The position numbers and the translations under genes are program-made. A stretch of DNA of 64,000 nt, taken from Octopus sinensis. Its lineage: Eukaryota. Location: positions 146,630,001-146,694,000 of the forward strand of contig NC_042999.1 of assembly GCF_006345805.1 (NCBI RefSeq). The letters are read 5' to 3'. Below the pieces are notes generated by a model. It saw nothing but the letters and a program-made list of their open reading frames with translations, was not told the origin of the DNA and made no database searches. This document shows, in pieces, positions 38,129 to 52,179 of this stretch; position 1 is the stretch's first letter; each line of letters begins with the position of its first letter.

Positions 38129-38640
38129 TATGCCCTGATCCAATGCCAGGCAGTGGCTATCATGGTTTCTGATATTAACTGACTGGAAGTCTTATCATAT
38201 ACATGTTTGTCTTATTATTAAATATAGGCTACAGTAAATATTCTGCTCAGCACCACAGATTTGCTTGCCATTTACTTCACCTTAGCCAGTTGAGCATGCC
38301 TCTTGGTGGCTGACAATATGTACATCTCTGATGACGAGCAGAGGTAGTAAGCGAGCTCTTTGGGGTTTAAATAGTTCACCTTATTCAGGGACATTTTCAG
38401 CGGGATGGGCCGCTCGAACTGAAGGGATTTGTAACTGAACCCCTACCTGCAAGGTCGTGCGATATTTATCATGATATGAGAACACCGTGTTGCGCACATA
38501 TGGTTGTGATGTATGTACCTGGTGTATCCCTATCAGGTGCGTAGTCCTGATGGGCATATTGAGAGTCGTATATATATATATATATATATATATAAACCAC
38601 CGTCACTTTTATGACATGTACTGTTTTCTCACTGAGTAAT
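38129..38640 (+). mobile_element. Non-coding ~510 bp element flanked by TAA repeats; diverged copy of 60865-61420
   Basis: TGCCCTGAT...CCAGGCAGTGGCT.TCATGG...TTCTCTCACTGAGTAATAATAA aligns with the reverse complement of the 61 kb copy. Confidence 0.8.
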
Positions 38641-39261
38641 AATAATTCTTTCTACTAAAGGCACAAGGTTTGAAAGTTTGGGGGAAGGGGCTAGTCGAAC
38701 AAATCGACCCCAGTGTTCCACTGTTACATAATTCATCGACTTCGGTGGAATTTGAAATCAGACGTTATGACATGAAATATCGCTTAGCATTTTCTCCAAC
38801 GCATTAATAAAACTTCCAGCTCGCCACCTTAACAATAATAATAACTGGTCAATATAACAAGCCACGTAACACAATTTTCCACAAAAGTAATTGAGTGTAG
38901 CTAATAACAGAACATCTCCCGATTCAATAACTTTCTACAAAATGAGTCTGTGTTACTTTCTATGAAACGTCATCTTTTATTCGATCGTCAAAACATTTCA
39001 CTTCATCTTCCTATTATTTGTTTAGATACCAATCGATTCTTGGACTGGTTTTCTGCCATATTATGTCCCATAGGAGACCAGGCTCTTCTATCTGCACTGT
39101 ATTTGCTTTATACTCTTTTAGCTTTTTCTTTACAGAAGATGATCTTTTGCGGTACAATGAAATTTATACTCTACAGGGTGTTGCGTGCTTCTTGAAGGAT
39201 TTCGAACACATTTATATGTCTTTAACATAGAATAGTTCTGTCTTTTTTTCTTCATCTGTTT

Positions 39262-39421
39262 GCGTAGGAATGGCTGCGTGGTAAGTAGCTTGCTTATGAA
39301 CCACATGGTTCCGGTTCATTCCTACTGCGTGGCACCTTGGGCAAGTGTCTTCTACTATAGCCTCGGGCAGGCCAAAGCCTTGTGAGTGGATTTGGTAGAC
39401 GGAAACTGAAAGAAGCCCGTC

Positions 39422-39463
<42 letters not shown>

Positions 39464-39722
39464 TATATAATATATATATATATATGTATGTATGTATGTA
39501 TGTGTGTGTGTGTGTGTCTATGTTTGTTCCCCCAACATCGTTTGACAACCGATGCTGGTGTGTATACGTCCCCGTAATTTAGGGGTTCGGCAAAAGAGAC
39601 CGATAGAATAAGTACTAGGCTTACAAAGAATAAGTCCTGGGATCGATTTGCTCGACTAAAGGCAGTACTCCAGCATGGCCCAGTCAATGACTGAAACAAG
39701 TAAAAGAGTAAAGAGTAAAGAA
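39262..39722 (+). mobile_element. Full-length tRNA-derived SINE (second family)
   Basis: A/B-box-like head, body, internal microsatellite and tail AAGAGTAAAGAGTAAAG. Confidence 0.9.
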
Positions 39723-40495
39723 TTTTCCCTTTTATCAGTTCCCGAATGTTTCCCATCTCTAATTTGTCTCTTTCTGACTCAAGAAAATGTGATAGATATA
39801 GAAAGGCTGCTGGGAGCACCTCCCAGGTGTCATGCTGGTGGAAATAACGTTCGACTTCTCAGTTCTCTTCTCATCGGCTTTCGTCCTGATGTCATAGAGA
39901 ATAACTGGATTCCATTTGCTCCCGCATTTACTAATATGATATCTGTGAACGGTGATCCCTCGAAACAGCGGTAGACGCAGGAAAAGTCATGGGTTTCATG
40001 TCAGAAACAAACTGTTTTCGCTATCTCGGGTACTGCTCATTATTGTCTTCCTCATTTTCAATCCCTCTAACTCTGAAAAGAAGAGTTCAAATGGTTCTGA
40101 TTAAGCGTGGTAGCAAACAAATACAGCGAGTTGGCAGAATCGGTACCACACCGGACAAAATGCTTAATGACAAATCTTCCGGCTCTTTACGCTATGGTAA
40201 GGAACAGAGACGTCGAGGCCGATCTTGCCGATCTTGCGGAAAATGCTGAAAAGTTGTGCAACACATTTTTAAAGAAAACATTTGCAACGAATGCGTGCGT
40301 AGGTGTGTATATGTGTGTATACATATGGACATATATATATATATATATATAAAGAGAAGAGAGAAGAGAGAGAGGGGTGGTGTTACTCTAAGTAACAGTT
40401 TTGTGATGTTCTTGCGGCTTTCATAAGAGTATCTATCTATTTTTCTATCTATCTATCTATCTATCTATCAACCATCGCTCTCTCTCTATATATAA

Positions 40496-40543
<48 letters not shown>

Positions 40544-41660
40544 ATGTATGTATGTGTGTGGTGTGTGTATGTGTGGTGTGTGTGTGTGTCTGTGTTTGTC
40601 CCCCCAACATCGCTTGACAACTGATGCTGGTGTGTATACGTCCCCGTAATTTAGGGGTTCGGCAAAAGAGACCGATAGAATAAGTACTAGGCTTACAAAG
40701 AATAAGTCCTGGGATCGATTTGCTCGACTAAAGGCAGTACTCCAGCATGGCCTCAGTCAAATGACTGAAACAAGTAAAAGAGTAAAGAGTAAAGAATATT
40801 TCCCTTTTATCAGTTCCCGAATGTTTCCCATCTCTAATTTGTCTCTTTCTGACTCAAGAAAATGTGATAGATATAGAAAGGCTGCTGGGAGCACCTCCCA
40901 GGTGTCATGCTGGTGGAAATAACGTTCGACTTCTCAGTTCTCTATCTCATCGGCTTTCGTCCTGATGTCATAGAGAATAACTGGATTCCATTTGCTCCCG
41001 CATTTACTAATATGATATCTGTGAACGGTGATCCCTCGAAACAGCGGTAGACGCAGGAAAAGTCATGGGTTTCATGTCAGAAACAAACTGTTTTCGCTAT
41101 CTCGGGTACTGCTCATTATTGTCTTCCTCATTTTCAATCCCTCTAACTCTGAAAAGAAGAGTTCAAATGGTTCTGATTAAGCGTGGTAGCAAACAAATAC
41201 AGCGATGGTTGGCGAATCGGTACCACACCGGACAAAATGCTTAATGACAAATCTTCCGGCTCTTTACGCTATGGTAAGGAACAGAGGACGTCGAGGCCGA
41301 TCTTGCCGATCTTGCGGAAAATGCTGAAAAGTGGTTGCAACACATTTTTAAAGAAAACATTTGCAACGATATGCGTGCGTAGGTGTGTATATGTGTGTAT
41401 ACATATGGACATATATATATATATATATAAAGAGAGAGGAGAGAGAGAGAGAGAGGGGTGTGGTACTTAAGTAACAGTTTTGTATGATGTTCTTGCGGCT
41501 TTCATAAAGAGTAGCTATCTATTGTTTATCTATCTATATATCTATCTATCTAACCATCGCTCTCTCTCTATTATATATATATATTATATATATATAATAT
41601 ATATATATACTGTGTGTGTGTGTTGTGTGTGTGTGTGTGTGTGGTGTGTGTGTGTGTGTG
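39500..41660. repeat. Near-identical tandem duplication, period ~1075 bp
   Basis: 39520-40580 matches 40593-41660; differences are mostly 1-2 nt indels. Confidence 0.93.
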
Positions 41661-41798
41661 TGTGCGCACGTGTGTGTGTGCGTGTGTGCGTGTATATGTC
41701 TGTGTTTTTGCGTATTCATGGTTTTGGTGTGATTACTAGCGGAACTATATGGTTGGAAATCAAAATTATTACCACACACACGCACACACATATACACA

Positions 41799-41832
<34 letters not shown>

Positions 41833-44800
41833 TGCGCTGACGAATTCACGACATATCCTGCGCTTCATCATGAGACGTCACAAAATGTATCGTCTGTAAT
41901 GGTTTAGCCAAATTTTTGTATTACTGAGGTGAACCCTTACATGAATCAATTTCCTTGTGTCTTTAACGCTTTGCCTAACAGAGTTAAAGACACAATTTTC
42001 CATCGGGTTCTGTTAGCAGAAATGACTCCGTTACAAGGATCGGGTTAGGCCTGACTTGAACATGTCTTCCTCCTTTCCCATAGCAGCTTCTAATAACATT
42101 TGGAGCCATGGTAAATATAGTATAATATATTGGAATAACTATAATATTGCATCTCCCATTTGCTTCCAACATAACAATAAAACAAAAGCATAACTGGCTT
42201 CCTTATTGTGATTTCATCTCCACTCAAATTTTTTTATTGGTGTTGTCTCAACTTTCATTACTCCTGTTACGTTCAACTCGTTATTACATCTCTAATATAT
42301 CGACATTCACTGTTAACACATATTTTTAATTAACTCTCCCAATTATTCCCTTGTTTTTCCTGTCGAATTTAGCTTTTAATTTACGTTCCTTTTCTATTTT
42401 GTATTTTAGATTTACAGCTCTGCAGCTCTCGGTAATGTTTGCTTCTTTCCTCATGTTTCATTGTTTCTCATTTGAGGTTGCGTTTCAAAGACAAAGTTTC
42501 TTAATGTTTTGTTGATTTTGTTTTGGCCATATTTAGTTACGGTTCTAGTTGAACTCCCGATGTTTCACACACAGCTCATTCTTATATTCAACATATTTTT
42601 TGCTTAATTTACCTTTATATTCATTACAGTCATCTTGTTAGTTCAACAACCTGAACTAACTTGCATATGTTGCTATGTTGATCCCAGCTTTCCATGAGAG
42701 ACTGTTTGTTCTCCATTATAGAGCCGAAATTACATTTCTATAATTCTTTTTGCGCAAATATCATCTAACTTTACATCGACGCATAACCACCGTTTTACTC
42801 ATAAATTTATTGAATATTTTGAAATGAACACAAGATTATTTTACCGACAACAAAATGTATGTATTCATGTGCGGTGCAATGAACATTACGCAAACGATTT
42901 AGAATTCTGTTTTCTTATCAATTTTAGAGTCAATTTTGTAGTGTGTAAAACATACTTGTAAACGCAGTTCTGACAGTTGAAAGTCAATAATGTCAATATA
43001 TATTGATTAATACGTGCTCATTTTATACAACCATTCTTTAAATGTATCTTAACATTCATCTGCTTCCTGTGGCAATGTTGATATTTATTACATCCCACAG
43101 AGTAACGGTAAGTAAACTTTTCTATAGTAGTGAGAGTTCAAACTTATCAGGACGTGAATATTTTATTAAAATAAATTTTTATAATCTTATTTCTTTAAAT
43201 CGATTTCTTACCAAGATTAAGTGAGTTAGATTCTTATTGAAAGTGAAAAGAAGATTATGCAACAGTCATACCTTTCCCATTGGTAAATTGAAAGCGAATT
43301 AAATGAACCATTGTAAATCGTAATTCACTACTTGACTTGATTCTTTTAAACCAATTGCACAGGTATATTTTATTTTCAATAATTGACATTCAGAAATTAA
43401 ATTCAAATATTAACTATGTGAATGTTTCTCACGTTAATTATACTTCTAAATGTAGTAGTACCTAAAAGGCCCCAGTGGAATGATCTACTGTCTTTTTAAT
43501 AATTATCATACTTGTCATTAATCTTGTTAAGGAAAAGAAACATTTCTAATTTAACTTTCGTTGACAGTACATAGGTTGAATGAAAGACAGATTGGTCTTA
43601 AAAGGCAAAGAATTGATACAATATATTACGCTGCTGTGTATGTTAAGTAAACATTTCTCTTAAACTTTCATATGAAACTAAGGTGTGCTGAGTCGATAAG
43701 ATATTGCAGTAATAATTCATTTTTGACAGTTCTTATTAACTTGGAGGCGTCTTTCTTAGAATGCATATTTCTAAGAATTAATTATATGACCATCGTCATA
43801 TCTCGATACCGGAAATGTTTACTAACTCTTATGAGATAAGCTACCAGAAACAGGCGATTACTCTCACAGGGGATTCTATTTCTATTCTGCTTAACGTAGT
43901 AGAAATTAAGGAGACATATCCGGAGCTATGGACCTCATATGTTATCTGAATAGAGTAAAATTTAAATATCTGATTGTATGAACAACACACAAGAATAGAA
44001 TGTGAGAGACAAATGCTTTGAAAATATGTGCCTAAATCTAACGATATCGAACACTGCACCAACATGAGGTGTGAACTATAAATGCACAATGCTGTAGAGA
44101 AGTCGTCATTTAGTGAGGAAGATGTTACACACAAAAACTCTTAAAATTCTCAAGAGGATATCAGAGAGAACTTGTAATAATCTGTAATAAAAATACTCTT
44201 GCAGATATATATTCCACTGGAAACGCTTTGATGATGTCTTCTGACAGTTCTGAAAAACAAACCAAAACGAGAAAACGATGTGCAAAATAGTTATCTTAAT
44301 GTTCCTGAATCCATTCGCAGTTCGCAGACCACTTATTAACTAAACGAAGAGACACTGACTCGATATTTCCATTTCATTAAGGATTGTTATAATAATTCGT
44401 TTAAGTTCGAATATAATCAAAACTTTCATGAATTATAAACAAATTCCTCCTTGACATGATCGATGTTAATAAGGTACAGTAAGTACCGGAGATTTGGGGT
44501 GGCTGTACTTTGGATGTAGTGTGAACCGAATAGTTCACTGTTAGTACATTGTACTTCCTTCTACTCATATTCCACAAGCCCTCCTCTCTCTGCCACACCC
44601 CCTCTTCCTCTGTTATTTATATAATCTGTATGTATTTATGTCTATCCGTCTGTATGTATGTGTGTGTGTGTTTATGTGCATTATAATTTATCAATTGAAA
44701 ATGCATGCAAGTTTCCTTCCCCGAAAGGGTACTTGTTTTCTGAACGCCGAAAGACAGAAGGGAAAATTCTCGGTGGAATTGGAACTCAGAGAATTGAAAC

Positions 44801-46023
44801 TGCAAGAGAAACCTTGAAACATTCTATCCGACACTTTAACGATCCTGCCAAATTCCCCGCATTATACAGATACATACATATACACACATACATACACACG
44901 CGCATACGCAAGCACGCGCACACACAGACATGCACACACATACACACACAAACAAACACAGGTACCAAACACAGACGTAAAGTGATGTAGATAGATAAAC
45001 AGGTCCAAAACGAAAAAGAAAAATATTTAGCATACTTCGTAAACTTTTCATTTTATTCGTCTGAACACGTTCGCATCAGTAGTATTACTTATGCTTCCCA
45101 GGAGTGAGAAAACACTCCTGAACATTCGGATGCATGGTTCTAACTAATAAGGCCTTCACAGCTCAAAGATAAGGCTTGTTCTCAATGGCTAGTCAACAGC
45201 TTCTAGGTAAGGCTCCTTCTTATTGGCTGATTGAAATCATGATGTGGGACTGATTGGTCAGGACTGATGACTGTTGCTTGAAAAAAAAAAACCAATGTTA
45301 CCGGTCACCCAATCAAACGAACATCACCTAGTTGTGATTAACTTGTTCATGGAACCATGTCTCGAAATAATCAGAAATATCTTTTCCACTTCTTTGATTT
45401 AAAAACCTGAGTTCTTTACAGTGTGTCTATCCTTTAAAAAATCTGTGGAGTGCCCTTTTCTTTGAATCGTCTTTCTGCCTGTCTGTTTGTCTGTCTATTT
45501 CTGTCTCCCTCTCTGTTTGTGTGTGTCTGTGTGTGTGTGTGTTAGTGTGCGTATGCGTATGTATGTGTGCATGTGTGTGCACGTATATATATATATATGT
45601 TTGCATCCATGTGTGCGTTCGTGTTTGTGTTTACGTGTACACACCGATGTAAACAAGTCTAATATGTTGTGTCTTCTTCTGTCCAAGGTGTATCTTAGCA
45701 TTACAGATTTATCAAATGGGTTCCAGACTAAAATAAATATCGCAGGCTATGTAGTATAAGACCATTGAAAAATTTACTCCTGTATGGATGCACTTACAAG
45801 CACTTATATGTATAAAAGAGTAAAAGTATTTCCGAAACAGACAGATTTACTAATCGTTGTAGCATGCTACGTATATCATAGCCTCCTTTTTGTATTTTAC
45901 ATTTGGCGGAACAATCTCATCGGAGAAGAAAATAGTTGATCATTCAAGCTGCCTTCAGATTTGAAAAACACGCAACTGAATACCAATTGGATGAACGGTA
46001 AATCAGTGTCTTGTTGAATATAT

Positions 46024-47270
46024 TGTTACGGTGGAATCACCCGTCGTCGCCCGTCCCGAACGGCTCACACAAGTTCCGCCACGGAACCCAAAGAGGCGGA
46101 GAGAGGAGATACAGATAGATACTGCCACAACCTCAACACAGAGATACAGAGGCACAACCCGAGATACAACCCAAAGAGGCAAGGCAACAACTGGCAACAC
46201 TGGCTTATATTCAAACAACAGTTTATACGACAATCAATTGATACACATCAAATACATTTAAGGCAAACAACAAATCAATACATCATACGGTATACCACAG
46301 ATCAAAGCATTTAACAACATGCATGTAACAATATAACAGTGTTCAGTAACGACACAACAAGTCCAGATCAAATAATGTTCACGATACGTCACAGTCCAAT
46401 CAGAACACTTCGATACATTATACAATGTTCGTATCACAACAATTCACGTTACAATTCAACAAGTCCTTTACTCTTCTCCTTCACAATGTCCTTTATCGAC
46501 CACATCGACAGAGTCCTTGACTGTTCTTTTCACCGTGACACATATCAATGCACAAAACACATACCTTAATTCCTAACTGAATCGCCAGTGTCCCATTCTG
46601 CACTCATCTCTTAATACTGCTAAATCCTCTGAATACTCTGCTAATTCCCCTCTGTGCATATTCCAATCGCTCGCTCCTAGGCCTCCTCGCATCCCAGCTC
46701 GCTCCCAGGAATTCCAACGCTTGCTCCTTAAATCCAAGGTTCCATCCACTCGCTCTGACCTCCAGAATCCGACTGTCTTCTTCGAGGACCGGCCAGCGAC
46801 TGCCAGATCCGTCTGTGCTCCTCGACGACCGCTCAACGACTGCCTAGAACCTCACTTCCTTGTCCTGACTTCCACTCCCTCATCTCCCTCTGTTCTACCA
46901 CCTATAGTCTTTCTATTTGCTATCTGATTCCTTACTCTATCTATATCGCCTACTGTCCCTTAGCCTCTCTATCTGTCCCTTAGTCTTATACTCTATCTCT
47001 CTCGTGACAGCTCTACCAAACTCTCTGCCTGTCCTTCTCTCCTACTGTCAATACCCTCTCCATCTGCTCTTAGATTCCCTTAATCTGTCCTCCTCTTCAC
47101 TTCTTCAAGGGGTGCCCAGAGCGACCCCTAATTCACCCGCACAAGGTCACAGGTCATTCCAAAACCCATTAGTCCTCCATTAAACAAAAGACTGTCACTT
47201 TTCTACTAGACATGCCGGAACCATAATTCCAATGTGGGTCACCGGGAAATGCACCAGCTAAACCGTAACA
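46024..47270. mobile_element. Solo LTR (1247 bp)
   Basis: ATAT|TGTTACGGT...ACCGTAACA|ATAT: TG..CA ends, 9-bp inverted termini, 4-bp TSD, no coding capacity, higher GC than the flanks. Confidence 0.85.
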
Positions 47271-47447
47271 ATATATATATCGTATTATATAAATGTTAAT
47301 AGTGCATGTCGCAGAGTCTTGGAAAAGTCTAAAAGTTTGCGACTGAAGCGTGTCATAAATAATGCATTAAAAATTATACGTGATAAAAACAGTCACTTCT
47401 GAGGCTATAGCAGAAGATACTTGCCCAACTATCTATCTATCTATCTG

Positions 47448-47510
<63 letters not shown>

Positions 47511-47573
47511 GTCTGTCTGTCTGTCTGACTGTCTTCCTCTCTGTATTTCTATCTACTTATATATAAATTCGCA

Positions 47574-47606
<33 letters not shown>

Positions 47607-47833
47607 GCACACACATATATATATGTATGTATCTGCATTATATACATGTAAATGCTTATATGTGTATGTATGTATTTGCATGCACATACACGTACATCAC
47701 ATAACCATCACCATCTCCCATAATTGGTAAAGCTAATTTTGAGGTGTTATACTTGACAGTTTGGCAATCAACCAAATCACTACAGTCAATATCCTCCCTC
47801 ACATGCAAGAGTCGATATTTGTCCAATCTCAAC

Positions 47834-47898
<65 letters not shown>

Positions 47899-47907
47899 GC
47901 ATATATA

Positions 47908-47943
<36 letters not shown>

Positions 47944-47961
47944 TGTATGTATGTATGTATG

Positions 47962-48004
<43 letters not shown>

Positions 48005-49272
48005 ATATATATATATACGAATATATGTGTGTATATATATACACATAGGTATGTACATGTTTGTATTTTTGTATGTATGTATGCACGTATGTGTGTAAGT
48101 ATTTGTGAAGTATTGGTGAATTATATAGATGTGATAGTTTTAATTTGTCGCCAGGGATCAACGTAACTGTTTTCTAAGCATACTGCCTGTAGACATTAAA
48201 AGTATTTAGCCAATTAAATATACACTCATTCCCACTACACATCCCGACTAGATGGAAATGTTATTAAAAAGACATTTGAGGTTTTTTCAAAGCAGTCTGT
48301 GTCGAGTAAATTAAATATATTTGAAAGATATAATGCATCTACGTTTGCATACAGTTGACAGATTCTTTTCAATATCATTGAGAAAATAATTCGGAAGCAC
48401 ATTTTTATGGGTTTGAAATCTTCTTAATTTAATCCATACAGTTCAATAAAATATCCTAAAAAAACTAGAGTATTATATGTATATAGTGAAGAATAGAATG
48501 TTCTGTATACACGGGGGATAGATACATAAAAGAGTAAAGAAATGTAAAAGTCACTGAAAGTTTGTATAATAAACTTTATGGTGATATTAGGATCATATTA
48601 TATCATTACATCATTACAAATTAAATAAGTATCGGTCTCACGATCAGACGATTGTCAACTTATATATAGAAAACTCTTTTGCTGTGAATAGGACACAATC
48701 TTTGGTAAAAAAAAAAAAAGGTACATATATGAAGCAATATATCAAGGGGAACAACTCTCACTTTTTCATGAAGCTCTCCAGTGTTTTTTGCGAGCATACA
48801 GTTGGTGGAGTCATTTCATTTTTTACACAATTAATTATATTGCCGTACTAGGTTTTAAAGATTAAGCATTAATGTGTGAGTGAGTGTATATGCGTGTATA
48901 TAATGCTCCAACATCTCATTCCCTCTCTTGTAAAGTATGAATAGTAATTTATACCTAGAAATTGTGACTGGAATACATATATAACTTTTTGGCATACGTT
49001 GAAATTCCATAATTGAATGAAATATATGAGTCCAATAAAAAATGAATAACAAAGCAATTGCCAAGATATGAATACTTTCTTCATAAGAGTCATGTCGGAC
49101 CTCTCATGACTCAGGTTTGAGTATAAATGGGTGTTCAGGAGTTAAGTAATTAAGTGACAATTAGTAATACAATTAAAATGAATGGGTGTTAAGTTCAGGT
49201 TTATATTTTTGTGTGTATGTATATATGTGTGCGTATGTATGTATCTATCCATATACATACATACATGCATGC

Positions 49273-49309
<37 letters not shown>

Positions 49310-49315
<6 letters not shown>

Positions 49316-49423
49316 TATCACGTGACCGACAGACCATCAGATGTTGTTACACATCGCTGGTCACAATGCGTTCGCATTGTTTTAGCCTTCGAATGACGCC
49401 ACCCCGCTGGCTAAGCGAGCAGG

Positions 49424-49428
<5 letters not shown>
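49310..49428. repeat. ~120 bp module inside a (TA)n tract; inverted copy of 6631-6746
   Basis: Direct comparison; (TA)n on both sides. Confidence 0.85.
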
Positions 49429-49475
<47 letters not shown>

Positions 49476-50024
49476 ATATTCAGTTAATTAACGATGGAAC
49501 ACTGAATGTATATTAAAATTTTAATGCACGCGAAACGTGCTGATACAAAGATTATTTATGAGAAAGAATAAAACAGCTTCAGAATAAAAACGGTTCAGTT
49601 ATTGTTTTTTCCCATATGTACTCCCTTTATATCAACACGTTAAACTTTCTTGAACAAATATACATCTACATTCGTATCTTATGCCTACATATACACATAC
49701 ATGCATACACACATATATACATTCATACATATATTTATATATGTATATATTTATTATTAGATATTTGGGATCGTTACCAATAGATACGCAACTCCTATTT
49801 GAGGATAACCTCATCGTATGGTATACTTAGAGAAAATTACATCAAACAAAATAAATAAAATAGCATACACTAAAATTAGTTAAATAAAAAATAACTTACC
49901 TGTTATTAGTCTGTGGGGGAAGAATGTAGTACTAGTAATCATTATACTTGCTTCTGCGCTGGTGGGTTGTGTATTAAGGATATACTTAATACATAAATCC
50001 ACCTGTGCGTCCTCAAGCTATGTA

Positions 50025-50078
<54 letters not shown>

Positions 50079-50159
50079 ATAGTTTTATTTTTATAGCGTG
50101 CTTTGACTTCACTAACGAGCGCAGCTCTGTGTGCCTTGGGTATGTGCTGTGATTTGTTG

Positions 50160-50215
<56 letters not shown>

Positions 50216-50344
50216 TACGGGTAAAAGTAATTGTTGATCCCTAATATATTATATATATGTATATATCTTTATACACTCATTTATAATATATATTGTATAT
50301 TTTGTACTACATACGTTGCATTTTATACATTATATATATAGATA

Positions 50345-50510
50345 GATCGGAAACCACTACACATTCTTTATTTTCACTCCTTGCTCTTTCTGGGTTCCTT
50401 TCTGTAGAAGAGCGTAGGCTCGAAAAGTTAAAGACATTTTCACTTCCCGAGCGTTTAACTAATACATCTGTGTTGTCTACACCATCTCTCACTTTTGTGA
50501 ATTCTCCTCC
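50345..50510 (+). mobile_element. Penelope-like terminal module with hammerhead-like fold; same family as 25850-26010
   Basis: CTTT-CTGTAGA-A-GAGC-GTAG-GCTC-GAAA-AG-TT-AAAG; the downstream TCACTT.CCGA.CGTT...AATACATCTGT is shared with 25.9 kb. Confidence 0.6.
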
Positions 50511-50527
50511 TATATATATATATTGTA

Positions 50528-50587
<60 letters not shown>

Positions 50588-50758
50588 ACATATAAGAGGG
50601 ATGGCCACTAGTGGACATCCATTATGCTAGAAGTAGACCCCCTATGGTCTTACCACGAATATTCAATTTTTCACACATTATTATTTTGAATTATATAAAG
50701 ATATATATAATATATATATAATATTATTATATAATATAATATATAATATATATTATAT

Positions 50759-50961
50759 ATAACAATTTAGGAATGGCCTAAACAGGCCATTCGTCCACCA
50801 GAAAGAGCAGCCAGAACTCAACCGCCAAGTAGTGCAATTCGAAATAAGGTGAAAATTAATTAATTTCACCTTATTTCCGAATTGCACTACTTGGCGGTTT
50901 GAGTTCTGGCTGCTCTTTCTGGTGGACGAATGGCCTGTTTAGGCCATTCCTAAATTGTTAT
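50759..50961. repeat. Fold-back palindrome (~100 bp arms, essentially no spacer) in (TA)n
   Basis: AACAATTTAGGAATGGCC...AAGGTGAAAATTAATTAATTTCACCTT...GGCCATTCCTAAATTGTT; arms differ only by single-base indels. Confidence 0.95.
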
Positions 50962-51057
50962 ATTATATATATTTAGTCTTTGACTATTTTCTCTTTTCCA
51001 CTAGGCCGCTGGTAGCGATAAATTTTTACTGAATTTTTTGCTACTCTAAATTGATTA

Positions 51058-51143
<86 letters not shown>

Positions 51144-52179
51144 CTATATATATATTATACATATATGTATATATGCATGTTTGTATATATACACATGTGT
51201 TTACGTATGTTTGTATATATATAGTACGCCACTACACCATGTTCAGTTGTTATATATATATATATACATATATATATGCGTGTTTTTTTGTATGTGTATG
51301 CATATGTGCGTGCGATCTGCGTTTCCGGGACTCCATTTTTTATGAAATATTACTGTAATCATAACGACTGAAAATGGCGTAGCGGCGTACTATATTTCCC
51401 AAGGAGGAGAAGCTATTTCTTCTATAACTGTTATTAAAATGTCTTTCGAATTTTTCATAGTTATTATATTATACTTTGCTGAGGTATTTGTAGTAATTAT
51501 ATTAAATTTCGATATTTCACTTATAATACCGGTTAGTTGTTTACAATGTTTATATTCTGAGAGATAGTGATTATGTTTTAGAGGTGTAAAGAAATAAGAT
51601 GATATTTACGATAAATTGTAAAACCATTAGAAATTATTAAAGAAATTATTAAAGACAAGAACGTGGGTTTCATAACTAAAACAGGCAAAATTATTTAAAA
51701 CAATAATGTAGGTTATAAACAAAGGAAATGGCAGGTTGTATATTCGCACAACAAAATAAAAATGAGTCAAAGATACAAAATATTGGTAAGAGCACTGGAG
51801 CATGAGATAATGAAGAAACATTGCAGCGACCAACGGCCGAATGCAGTCTGCTAACATGCGAAAAGATAAGGGGATAATGACAAAGTTGTTACTTTAAGAA
51901 ATGATGCCAAAGGCTGATTGATCTTTAACTGAATACTTTGTCAAAAAATGTAGCTGATATCAGTCTTTATAATTTACTGATCTATTTATATTTTTAATGT
52001 TAAAAATAAAGAATATAGGAAATTATTATTGTCATGTTAATTATGTTATCTTTTTAACCGGCGATGTGAATAAATATTGTAAAAGATGACGTCGTCTATA
52101 TTGCATGTAGAAATAATAGTTTAAATAATATATGATTCTATGATTTTTAAAAATAGATTTCAATATTGCTGTTGAAGAA

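Noticed and set aside
42150-42700. Purine-rich minus-strand stretch suggesting a LINE remnant
   Set aside because: Too degraded to assign any motif.
49085-49112. Hairpin GAGTCATG...CATGACTC
   Set aside because: An isolated 8-bp stem with no supporting context.
49893-49925. Minus-strand CCCCACAG|ACTAATAACAG|GTAAGT as an 11-nt microexon
   Set aside because: Not frame-preserving, no host gene identified, and it lies among repeat-like sequence; needs RNA evidence.
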